DNA of 64,000 nucleotides from Escherichia phage moha: sequence record MN850590.1; one strand, 5' to 3'. Shown piece by piece: positions 56,014 to 64,000 of this stretch (position 1 is its first letter; each line of letters starts with the position of its first letter). The notes under the pieces were generated by a model. It saw only the letters and a program-made list of their open reading frames with translations, ran no database searches and was not told where the DNA came from. The position numbers and the translations under genes were made by a program.

Positions 56014-56066
56014 CATTTTATCTTTTAAACATGAGTAAAATATAATGATGCCTATGGAAAAATACA

Positions 56067-57239
56067 ATGTCTGATTTAAAATCTCGTCTGATTAAAGCTT
56101 CTACTTCTAAAATGACTGCAGACTTGACTAAGTCTAAGCTGTTTAATAATCGCGATGAAGTCCCTACTCGTATTCCGATGTTGAATATTGCATTAGGTGG
56201 TGCACTGAATGCAGGGTTGCAATCAGGCTTAACTATTTTTGCTGCACCTTCTAAACATTTTAAAACATTGTTTGGACTAACTATGGTTGCAGCGTATATG
56301 AAGAAATATAAAGATGCAATCTGTTTGTTTTATGACTCAGAATTCGGTGCTTCAGAATCTTATTTTCGTTCAATGGGTGTTGATTTAGACCGTGTAGTTC
56401 ATACTCCGATTCAATCTGTCGAACAACTTAAAGTTGATATGACTAATCAGCTTGACGCTATTGAACGCGGTGATAAAGTTATTATCTTTATTGACTCGAT
56501 TGGTAATACTGCATCTAAGAAAGAAACCGAAGATGCATTGAACGAGAAAGTTGTAGGTGATATGTCTCGTGCTAAGGCACTTAAATCTCTGTTCCGCATT
56601 GTGACCCCGTATCTGACTATTAAAGATATTCCGTGTGTTGCAATTAACCATACAGCAATGGAAATCGGCGGATTGTATCCTAAAGAGATTATGGGTGGTG
56701 GTACAGGTATTCTTTATTCTGCCAACACAGTGTTTTTTATCTCTAAACGTCAGGTTAAAGAAGGTACAGAATTGACCGGTTATGACTTCACGTTGAAAGC
56801 AGAAAAATCTCGCACAGTTAAAGAGAAATCTACTTTCCCGATCACGGTTAATTTTGATGGCGGTATTGACCCATTCAGTGGCTTGTTAGAAATGGCAACT
56901 GAAATTGGTTTTGTGGTTAAGCCTAAAGCCGGTTGGTATGCTCGCGAATTCCTTGACGAAGAAACAGGTGAAATGATTCGTGAAGAAAAATCATGGCGTG
57001 CTAAAGCTACTGATTGTGTAGAATTCTGGGGACCTTTGTTTAAACACAAACCTTTCCGAGATGCAATTGAAACTAAATATAAACTAGGTGCTATCTCTTC
57101 TATTAAAGAAGTTGATGACGCTGTTAATGACCTTATTAATTGCAAAGCAACAACTAAAGTTCCGGTTAAAACTTCTGATGCTCCGTCTGCAGCAGATATA
57201 GAAAACGACCTTGACGAAATGGAAGATTTCGATGAATAA
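56067..57239 (+). CDS. uvsX: recombinase UvsX (RecA-like)
   Basis: 390 aa; MSDLKSRLIKASTSK...matches T4 UvsX. Confidence 0.95.
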   Translation: MSDLKSRLIKASTSKMTADLTKSKLFNNRDEVPTRIPMLNIALGGALNAGLQSGLTIFAAPSKHFKTLFGLTMVAAYMKKYKDAICLFYDSEFGASESYFRSMGVDLDRVVHTPIQSVEQLKVDMTNQLDAIERGDKVIIFIDSIGNTASKKETEDALNEKVVGDMSRAKALKSLFRIVTPYLTIKDIPCVAINHTAMEIGGLYPKEIMGGGTGILYSANTVFFISKRQVKEGTELTGYDFTLKAEKSRTVKEKSTFPITVNFDGGIDPFSGLLEMATEIGFVVKPKAGWYAREFLDEETGEMIREEKSWRAKATDCVEFWGPLFKHKPFRDAIETKYKLGAISSIKEVDDAVNDLINCKATTKVPVKTSDAPSAADIENDLDEMEDFDE

Positions 57240-57573
57240 TCTCGATGATTTAAATCTAGAAATCGTTGATGAATCCCCTTCTTCGGAAGGGGAGGACATT
57301 CGCAAAGAACGAGTGTTTAATGAATCTCTTAAAATTATCCGTTCAGCAATGGAAAATGTCATTCAAGAGATTCTGATTACACTTGAAGACGGTTCCCATC
57401 ATATAGTCTATATTACAAAACTAGATTGGGTTGATGGTAAAATCGTAATGGACTTTGCAGTTCTTGACCAGGACAGAAAAGCAGAACTTGCACCACATGT
57501 TGAAAAATGTGTTACAATGCAAGTACAACAAGCTTTTAATGAACGAACCAAGAAAAAATTTAAATTCTTTTAA
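57232..57573 (+). CDS. 40: gp40-like head vertex assembly protein (by position)
   Basis: 113 aa from ATG 57232 overlapping uvsX stop. Confidence 0.65.
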   Translation: MNNLDDLNLEIVDESPSSEGEDIRKERVFNESLKIIRSAMENVIQEILITLEDGSHHIVYITKLDWVDGKIVMDFAVLDQDRKAELAPHVEKCVTMQVQQAFNERTKKKFKFF

Positions 57574-57582
57574 GGAGTTATC

Positions 57583-59025
57583 GTGGTAGAAATTATTTTG
57601 TCTCATCTAGTATACGACCAGGCTTATTTTTCTAAGGTCTGGCCTTATATGGATTCTGAGTATTTTGAGCGTGGACCGGCAAAAAACGTCTTTAAAATTA
57701 TAAAGAGCCACGTTAACGAATATAATGCAATGCCATCTATCAATGCATTAAAGGTGGCTTTAGATAACAGTTCTTTAACTGAAGCCGAATATAAAGGAAC
57801 TTCAGACCTAATTGAAAAATTGGCTGATACTCCTGAAGACCACGAATGGTTGGTTAAAGAAACTGAGAAATATGTCCAGCAAAAAGCGATGTATAATGCT
57901 ACATCCAAAATCATTGAGATTCAGTCTAATGCTGAACTACCTCCAGAACAACGTAACAAGAAAATGCCTGATGTAGGAGCTATTCCTGATATTATGCGTC
58001 AAGCACTTTCAATTTCGTTTGATAGTTATGTTGGACATGACTGGATGGAAGACTACGAAGCACGCTGGCTTTCTTATCTAAATAAAGCACGTAAGGTCCC
58101 GTTCAAATTAAACATTCTGAATAAAATCACTAAAGGTGGTGCTGAAACCGGTACACTGAATGTTTTAATGGCCGGTGTTAACGTTGGTAAATCTTTAGGC
58201 CTTTGTTCACTTGCTGCAGATTATCTTCAAACAGGTCATAATGTTCTTTATATTTCTATGGAAATGGCTGAAGAAGTTTGTGCTAAGCGTATAGATGCAA
58301 ACATGCTTGACGTATCACTCGATGATATCGATGATGGTAACGTATCTTATGCTGAATATAAAGCCAAGATGGAAAAATGGCGTTCAAAATCCACATTAGG
58401 ACGTTTAGTAGTTAAACAGTATCCTACTGGTGGAGCTAACGCTAATACATTTCGTGCATTGCTTAATGAGTTAAAACTTAAGAAGAACTTTGTGCCATCT
58501 GTAATCATGGTTGATTACTTAGGTATTTGTGGGTCTTGTCGTATCAGAGTTTACACTGAAAATAGCTACACATTAGTTAAAGCTATTGCAGAAGAACTTC
58601 GTGCATTAGCAGTAGAATCTGAAACAGTTCTATGGACTGCAGCTCAAGTAGGACGTGCAGCATGGGATGCTTCAGACATGAACATGAGTGATATCGCAGA
58701 ATCAGCAGGTTTACCAGCAACGGCAGATTTCATGTTGGCCGTAATTGAAACCGAAGAACTTGCACAAGCTGAACAACAACTTATCAAACAAATAAAATCA
58801 CGATATGGTGATAAGAATAAGTGGAATAAATTCCTGATGGGTGTACGTAAAGGCAATCAGAAATGGGTTGAGATTGAGCAAGAAGGCATGAACACACCTA
58901 ACACAGTAAATGAAAACGCAGGTGCTCAGATGCGTCAGGCAGAGGTGAATCGTACGGAACGCGTAGGTAAAGCCAAAGCAACACGTGCTGACCTAGATAG
59001 CTTAGCCAACGAGTTAAAATTTTAA
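57583..59025 (+). CDS. 41: replicative DNA helicase gp41
   Basis: 480 aa; GTG start after SD aaggag; Walker A GVNVGKS; matches T4 gp41. Confidence 0.95.
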   Translation: MVEIILSHLVYDQAYFSKVWPYMDSEYFERGPAKNVFKIIKSHVNEYNAMPSINALKVALDNSSLTEAEYKGTSDLIEKLADTPEDHEWLVKETEKYVQQKAMYNATSKIIEIQSNAELPPEQRNKKMPDVGAIPDIMRQALSISFDSYVGHDWMEDYEARWLSYLNKARKVPFKLNILNKITKGGAETGTLNVLMAGVNVGKSLGLCSLAADYLQTGHNVLYISMEMAEEVCAKRIDANMLDVSLDDIDDGNVSYAEYKAKMEKWRSKSTLGRLVVKQYPTGGANANTFRALLNELKLKKNFVPSVIMVDYLGICGSCRIRVYTENSYTLVKAIAEELRALAVESETVLWTAAQVGRAAWDASDMNMSDIAESAGLPATADFMLAVIETEELAQAEQQLIKQIKSRYGDKNKWNKFLMGVRKGNQKWVEIEQEGMNTPNTVNENAGAQMRQAEVNRTERVGKAKATRADLDSLANELKF

Positions 59026-59029
59026 TAAA

Positions 59030-59050
59030 AAGGAGACTTCGGTCTCCTTT
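59030..59050 (+). terminator. rho-independent terminator
   Basis: GGAGAC-ttcg-GTCTCC TTT. Confidence 0.7.
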
Positions 59051-59054
59051 CGTG

Positions 59055-59084
59055 GTTTACATCTTCCTCTAGGCATGATATGAT
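59055..59084 (+). promoter_or_regulatory. early promoter
   Basis: -35 GTTTACA / 17 bp / -10 TATGAT. Confidence 0.5.
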
Positions 59085-59113
59085 GTACTTACACAAACCA
59101 AGAGGAAAACATT

Positions 59114-59488
59114 ATGAATATGTCTCAAGCAATTTTTACTGCAATCACCGAAAACACAACTGTTGAAGTAGTTTCTCCACTGGCAACCTACGTTATTCTT
59201 GCTCCTAAAACTATTGTATCTCGTATGGAAAACACAGGCAAACGTATCGTACAAATAGTTGGAGCTGGAAATCAAAAACTTGATTATCTACGAACCATCA
59301 AAGCTTACGAACATTTCCAACTCGAAAAAGGTTCTCCTATCCAGGTAGAACTCGTAAATGGTGATATCGTTCGAGCAATGTTCCATCATTTCTATGCATT
59401 GAATGACCCATCTAAAGCGGTTCGTTTAATTGCATACGACGCAAACCAAAACGAAATCAACGCAGATGTATCTAAATTACGTTTTTAA
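59114..59488 (+). CDS. hypothetical protein
   Basis: 124 aa, SD agagga. Confidence 0.75.
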   Translation: MNMSQAIFTAITENTTVEVVSPLATYVILAPKTIVSRMENTGKRIVQIVGAGNQKLDYLRTIKAYEHFQLEKGSPIQVELVNGDIVRAMFHHFYALNDPSKAVRLIAYDANQNEINADVSKLRF

Positions 59489-59517
59489 GTTTACTTCTCC
59501 AGTAGTTGTGTTATTAT
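59489..59517 (+). promoter_or_regulatory. early promoter with 13-bp SD-sequestering inverted repeat
   Basis: -35 GTTTAC / 17 bp / -10 TATTAT; TCTCCAGTAGTTG pairs CAACTACTGGAGA (59526-59538). Confidence 0.6.
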
Positions 59518-59543
59518 AGATCTATCAACTACTGGAGAACAAA

Positions 59544-59861
59544 ATGAAAACCATCGATTGTAAAGCAGAATTTAAGATTTTTTATCAAGGTTCAAGTAGT
59601 TCAGCTAACATCGAAAACATGCTTTGTCCTCCTGAAGAAACAGGAGTTCTGTCTGAAACTGGACGTAAGAAAAACTTGGATCGTGTATTCTTTACTGAAG
59701 ATATCGGTTTAGCAAAGATTTATGCAGGACGAGCAGCACGCTCTTATGGAGGTGAACCACGTCTCTATCGAGTAATTTCTCCGGTAGATGTAGTTCAAAT
59801 GAATGATACTAAAGGCGCTACAGTTTATCACGCTGAATGGGCCTTTTGCGAGGAAATATGA
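59544..59861 (+). CDS. hypothetical protein
   Basis: 105 aa. Confidence 0.7.
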   Translation: MKTIDCKAEFKIFYQGSSSSANIENMLCPPEETGVLSETGRKKNLDRVFFTEDIGLAKIYAGRAARSYGGEPRLYRVISPVDVVQMNDTKGATVYHAEWAFCEEI

Positions 59862-60049
59862 GCAAATTAACTAAAGTTACTTTTATCGGTTGGTTTAAAA
59901 GCGGTGAGATGTTCACTAAAGATATGATGTTATCAGGTGATCGCGAAGAAATCGAGTGGGTTACGGTACAACTTGCTGAAGTAAACAAAACATTAGTTAA
60001 AGCATTTATTAATGACGAGAAAGTTTTTGAAGCTGATTTCAGAGGATAA
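59858..60049 (+). CDS. hypothetical protein
   Basis: 63 aa from ATG 59858 (ATGA overlap). Confidence 0.6.
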   Translation: MSKLTKVTFIGWFKSGEMFTKDMMLSGDREEIEWVTVQLAEVNKTLVKAFINDEKVFEADFRG

Positions 60050-60050
60050 T

Positions 60051-60263
60051 ATGTATTCAACTGTGTTTAAACCATCAACATATGAATTTGCATCAACTAC
60101 ACAATGGAAAGCTCTTATTCTGGAAGGATGGGAACTAATGATGGACTGTGAAGCATCTGAAAAGTTTCCACACGGCAAAGTGGACTTCGTTAAATTTGCT
60201 GTACGTCCGACTAAACGACAGATTCGTCAAGAAAAACGCAAATTTCGAAAAAGTTTAAAATAG
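60051..60263 (+). CDS. small basic protein, RPTKRQ-motif family
   Basis: 70 aa ending VRPTKRQIRQEKRKFRKSLK. Confidence 0.65.
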   Translation: MYSTVFKPSTYEFASTTQWKALILEGWELMMDCEASEKFPHGKVDFVKFAVRPTKRQIRQEKRKFRKSLK

Positions 60264-60265
60264 CC

Positions 60266-60295
60266 GTTTACAAGCACCACATACTGTGTTACTAT
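60266..60295 (+). promoter_or_regulatory. early promoter
   Basis: -35 GTTTACA / 17 bp / -10 TACTAT. Confidence 0.55.
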
Positions 60296-60323
60296 CTTTC
60301 TATCAACTACAGAGGAAATTGAA

Positions 60324-60692
60324 ATGAAAAAATTAATCGCTTTAGCAATGGTATTTGGATTAACCGGATGTGGTGCCCATGGCTTTATCCCTAATAATGT
60401 CGGCCAATTGATTTACAATCCTAATGTTAAACAATATGAACAACCTAAAGTTGAAGTGGAAGACCCGGTTACTGTAGGTAATCGAATGATTCAAGCTGAT
60501 GCCCATGCTCAACGTTATCGTGACTCTGATACTGTAGCATTGTCAAAAGAACAACGCGTTAAAGAACATTGCTTACAGGCTACTGAAATCGCATTCATTC
60601 GCTATGTTGAAACAACTGGCAAAGAGCCTACCCAGAAACAAATCGCGAATAACTACGTCCAGTGTATTGAACGTTTAAACAAATTTAATTAA
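60324..60692 (+). CDS. lipoprotein
   Basis: 122 aa; signal peptide with lipobox LTGC. Confidence 0.8.
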   Translation: MKKLIALAMVFGLTGCGAHGFIPNNVGQLIYNPNVKQYEQPKVEVEDPVTVGNRMIQADAHAQRYRDSDTVALSKEQRVKEHCLQATEIAFIRYVETTGKEPTQKQIANNYVQCIERLNKFN

Positions 60693-60695
60693 TTG

Positions 60696-60725
60696 GTTTA
60701 CACCAAAGTTAAAACAAGATACTAT
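60696..60725 (+). promoter_or_regulatory. early promoter
   Basis: -35 GTTTACA / 17 bp / -10 TACTAT. Confidence 0.55.
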
Positions 60726-60753
60726 AAACATAACAAATCAAGAGGAAATTAAC

Positions 60754-61002
60754 ATGGAATTATTCGTAGCTAGTTCAGTAGCAGTTTTAATCGCAGGTAT
60801 TGGTTCAATCATCATTTACATGTTGCCTTGGGTAATCGCACTTATTCGTGGCACAAAAAGCACAACAGCAATCTTCTTTGTATCTTTACTCTTTAACTGG
60901 ACGATGATTGGTTGGATTGGAACTTTAATTTGGTCTATCGTTGCCGAAAAGAAATCTGCTCAGCAGCCTCAACAAGTAATTATTATTCGCGAAAAAGAAT
61001 AA
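60754..61002 (+). CDS. small membrane protein (possible superinfection-immunity type)
   Basis: 82 aa; two TM helices, GWIGTLIW motif. Confidence 0.7.
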   Translation: MELFVASSVAVLIAGIGSIIIYMLPWVIALIRGTKSTTAIFFVSLLFNWTMIGWIGTLIWSIVAEKKSAQQPQQVIIIREKE

Positions 61003-61006
61003 ACTT

Positions 61007-61036
61007 GTTTACATTATAGATGGACTATAGTATAGT
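61007..61036 (+). promoter_or_regulatory. early promoter cassette (PeSL-like)
   Basis: -35 GTTTACA / 17 bp / -10 TATAGT; IR ggactat..agtcc. Confidence 0.6.
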
Positions 61037-61065
61037 AGTCCTATCAAATCAACTAAGGAGTTAAA

Positions 61066-61359
61066 ATGAAAAAGTTATCATTGGCAGCAATCTTACTTGC
61101 AGTATCATGTGCACCGGCTCCAGTTACGGCAGGTTATGATAAAGACCTCTGTGAGTGGTCAATGACTGCAAATCAAGAAGATGTTGAACAACAAATCTTC
61201 TCTGATATCATGAACATCACTAAACGAGACCGTCCTAATATGGTTAATAAAGTTGTTGAACAACTTAAGTCTGGCGGTGTCATGCAGTACAACTATGTTT
61301 TGTATTGTGACCCTAATTTCGATAACAAAGATATCGTAACCGAAATCACAGGTGAATAA
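61066..61359 (+). CDS. lipoprotein
   Basis: 97 aa; lipobox AVSC. Confidence 0.8.
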   Translation: MKKLSLAAILLAVSCAPAPVTAGYDKDLCEWSMTANQEDVEQQIFSDIMNITKRDRPNMVNKVVEQLKSGGVMQYNYVLYCDPNFDNKDIVTEITGE

Positions 61360-61360
61360 T

Positions 61361-62011
61361 ATGATTTATTATATGCACAAAAATGCGCCATTTAAATATG
61401 GTAAATTTCCTAATGCACAATGTTATAATATAACGCCGAATGAAAATAATAACGGATACCATCTCGGTGTAATTTTTGTAATTGTTAAAGATAACGAAAT
61501 CGTTGCCTGGGCAGATTTTAAAGGTACAACATATGATGTTAATCCTGTGCCTTTCACATATTACAATATAATGGATTTGGCATATGATTATAATTGGTTT
61601 AATCATGACACGTTGGCTCATATTGAAGGTGTAGGATTTGACATCTCTTATTCTAGCTATTCATTATGTCCTATGAGCCGAGCTCACGGTAAAGATGTAT
61701 CATATCTTTCAATTCGGAAACGTGTAAACTTCAAACGTAGTACAGAGTATGTTGGTGGACTCTTTGTTAAAGATAATAAAATAACCCGTATTAGTTATCC
61801 TCTAAGTGTAGGCCAAAAAGATGTTGATGTTGATTTGGACTTAACTGAAAATAACATTAATCGTATTGCTTCTGTATATTTTGATATCGATGAAAAAATT
61901 GTAGTGTGTGGATATGAATTACCACCTGAAGAAAAGGCTGAAGCAATTGAAGTCGAATTAGAAATTTCTGTTGATGACCAAATATTTAATGCATTTATGA
62001 ATCGAGGTTAA
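61361..62011 (+). CDS. hypothetical protein
   Basis: 216 aa from ATG 61361. Confidence 0.8.
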   Translation: MIYYMHKNAPFKYGKFPNAQCYNITPNENNNGYHLGVIFVIVKDNEIVAWADFKGTTYDVNPVPFTYYNIMDLAYDYNWFNHDTLAHIEGVGFDISYSSYSLCPMSRAHGKDVSYLSIRKRVNFKRSTEYVGGLFVKDNKITRISYPLSVGQKDVDVDLDLTENNINRIASVYFDIDEKIVVCGYELPPEEKAEAIEVELEISVDDQIFNAFMNRG

Positions 62012-62012
62012 A

Positions 62013-62210
62013 ATGACTACTGCAATTTGCACTGGTTCTAAAATTAGTGTTTTTACAAGTTTTGAAGATTATGAAGTTGTTTCAAAACACCAATGCCATA
62101 TTAGCGTAAAAGCTAATGACGGTGTAATTTGGAATATTCCACAGTATGAAGGCACTACATATGAAGTCACAGATATAAATGGTGACAAAGCAATCTTTGT
62201 AATTGATTAA
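62013..62210 (+). CDS. hypothetical protein
   Basis: 65 aa. Confidence 0.6.
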   Translation: MTTAICTGSKISVFTSFEDYEVVSKHQCHISVKANDGVIWNIPQYEGTTYEVTDINGDKAIFVID

Positions 62211-62229
62211 ATATACTCAGGAGGTACCT

Positions 62230-62697
62230 ATGGGTATTATTAACACTGCGATAGATTCTGTTTACGCATATAAGTTTATTCGACTAATGCAAAAACCTTT
62301 TACCGAATGGAAAGCATACGAAGCCAAAATCATCGATGAACGTGGAAGTGTTCTTAAACGTCCTTCCACTCCTGAAGAGAAAGCGGCTTATACACCTTTT
62401 CATGCTTCAGTTCGTTCAATGAAGCGAATGATGAACACTGTTCCAGGTCTTAATGGAATGGCATCAATGATGTCTGCTTGGAGTGCTGTAGCTTCACGCT
62501 ATAACATTACGGAAGAACAACAGAAAGAAATATTTAAAGAGCTCCCTTTATTTGAGGATATGGTTGCTGGTGATTCAGGCGACAGTCCTCAAGCTATTGC
62601 ATCAGGAACAACTACAGGTGCAGTCGTAAATAAAGGTCCAGAACAAATTCCTTCCAAGAAAAGAAAGCGAATTAAAGTAAATATTAATAAGTTGTGA
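62230..62697 (+). CDS. hypothetical protein
   Basis: 155 aa from ATG 62230, SD ggagg. Confidence 0.75.
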   Translation: MGIINTAIDSVYAYKFIRLMQKPFTEWKAYEAKIIDERGSVLKRPSTPEEKAAYTPFHASVRSMKRMMNTVPGLNGMASMMSAWSAVASRYNITEEQQKEIFKELPLFEDMVAGDSGDSPQAIASGTTTGAVVNKGPEQIPSKKRKRIKVNINKL

Positions 62698-62736
62698 TAT
62701 GATGGCCTTATTAATTTAAGGCCTCTGGAGAATACT

Positions 62737-63759
62737 ATGGCTGAATGGATAGATAATGAATTTGCTTATCGTGCGTTTTCTCACCTACCTCGTTTTAGAC
62801 AAATTAATAATTCAAGCACATTTAAATTAACATTTCGTTGTCCAGTTTGTGGCGACTCTCAGACAGATGCAATGAAAGCTCGCGGATGGTATTACGGTGG
62901 TACTCCTGGTAATGTACATTGCTATAACTGTCAATACCACAATACAATTTCCGGATACTTAAAAGAGTATGATGAAGAGCTTTATCGCGAATATCTAATG
63001 GAAGTTCGTAAAGAAAAAGCTAGAATGGAACCAAAGATTGAAAAGGTTCCTGAACATAAACCAGAACCGGAGAAAAAGACTATAAATTCTTTGCCGTCTT
63101 GTTCTCGTCTGGACAAGTTGCCTGAAGAGCATCCTATTGTGAAATATGTTAAGTCTCGGTGTATTCCTAAAGAATCATGGAACAGATTATGGTTCACATT
63201 AGAATGGCCCAAATTGGTCAACAAGATTCAACCTGGTACGTATAAGAAAGAGATTCCCGAACCACGTTTAGTTATTCCTATTTTTAATAAAGATGGGAAG
63301 GCCGAGTCATTCCAAGGACGTGCACTTCGTAAAGATGCTCCTCAGAAATATATCACTATTAAAGCGTTTGAGTCTGCAACAAAAATTTATGGTGTTGAAC
63401 GTGTTAAGGAAGGGGACGTCTGGGTAATGGAAGGCCCTATTGATAGTTTATTCATACCCAATGCAATCGCTATTACAGGCGGCTCAATAGATTTAGATGT
63501 GGTACCATTTAAAGAACGTCGGGTATGGGTAATGGATAATGAACCTAGGCATCCAGATACTATAGCTCGCATGAAGCGATTAGTTGATGCAGGCGAACGT
63601 GTCATGTTCTGGGACCGAGCTCCATGGAGATCAAAGGATGTGAATGATATGGTAATGAAAGAAAATGCAACACCACAAGAAATTTTAGAATATATGAAAC
63701 AGAATATTTCAAGTGGGTTGCATGCTAAAATGAGATTATCTCGTTATTCGAAGATTTAA
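62737..63759 (+). CDS. 61: DNA primase gp61
   Basis: 340 aa; zinc ribbon CPVCGDS...CYNCQYH; TOPRIM-like acidic residues. Confidence 0.9.
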   Translation: MAEWIDNEFAYRAFSHLPRFRQINNSSTFKLTFRCPVCGDSQTDAMKARGWYYGGTPGNVHCYNCQYHNTISGYLKEYDEELYREYLMEVRKEKARMEPKIEKVPEHKPEPEKKTINSLPSCSRLDKLPEEHPIVKYVKSRCIPKESWNRLWFTLEWPKLVNKIQPGTYKKEIPEPRLVIPIFNKDGKAESFQGRALRKDAPQKYITIKAFESATKIYGVERVKEGDVWVMEGPIDSLFIPNAIAITGGSIDLDVVPFKERRVWVMDNEPRHPDTIARMKRLVDAGERVMFWDRAPWRSKDVNDMVMKENATPQEILEYMKQNISSGLHAKMRLSRYSKI

Positions 63760-63953
63760 ACAAGTCCTATAATAGCAAAGGCCAAATCAACTACAGTATC
63801 CAATGGAACAGAAGGAACTATAATACCATGGGCAACTAACAATGGTGCAATCCCGAAGTTCCATGAAATAATGCCACCTACAACTATTGCAGCGATAGCA
63901 GTTTTCTTTTTATTGCCTTTAATAGCGTTGATTAACGATGGAAGTTTAAACAT
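63756..63953 (-). CDS. small membrane protein, convergent with gene 61
   Basis: 65 aa; strong SD AAGGAG 8 nt before ATG on minus strand; one long hydrophobic segment. Confidence 0.7.
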   Translation of the reverse strand: MFKLPSLINAIKGNKKKTAIAAIVVGGIISWNFGIAPLLVAHGIIVPSVPLDTVVDLAFAIIGLV

Positions 63954-64000
63954 AATATCTCCTTAGTTACCTATTATTTATTACGCTTTATAAAATTAAT

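Overview
Gene-dense segment of a T4-like (T-even) myovirus, almost entirely coding on the + strand. By protein content it is closest to what I recall of RB69-type phages: the 903-aa DNA polymerase gp43 carries the exo FDIEV and pol YGDTDS motifs. No database search was possible, so all calls rest on motifs, recalled T4 proteins and T4 synteny. The window runs in transcription direction through gene 3, 1 (dNMP kinase), 57A, 57B, ipI, two tRNAs, an accessory block, nudE, e (lysozyme), denV, ipII/ipIII-like, GrcA-like, regB, tk, rI, a second accessory block, nrdC, 49, nrdD, a GIY-YIG endonuclease, nrdG, nrdH-like, 55, 47, 46, rpbA, 45, 44, 62, regA, 43, uvsX, 40, 41 and 61. Relative to T4, alpha-gt (between 55 and 47) and mobD are absent, and 41 and 61 are separated by a ~3.7-kb insertion. 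The most interesting locus is 49419-55968: where T4 has imm/42/beta-gt, this phage has a KdsD-like sugar-phosphate isomerase, a fused nucleotidyltransferase/anomeric-kinase, a HAD phosphatase, a thymidylate-synthase-fold enzyme, a P-loop kinase and two unassigned proteins, which together look like a self-contained NDP-sugar pathway for DNA hypermodification. Other recurring signals are about 25 early-promoter cassettes with inverted repeats (some also masking the downstream ribosome-binding site), five proteins with a capsid-targeting leader, a GrcA gene whose 3' half is host-like, a macro-domain protein, two Pol-beta-type nucleotidyltransferase-fold proteins, and several small paralog families. 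Gene symbols are T4 names assigned by homology or synteny; starts were moved to internal ATG/GTG codons where an SD and the neighbouring gene's stop support it.
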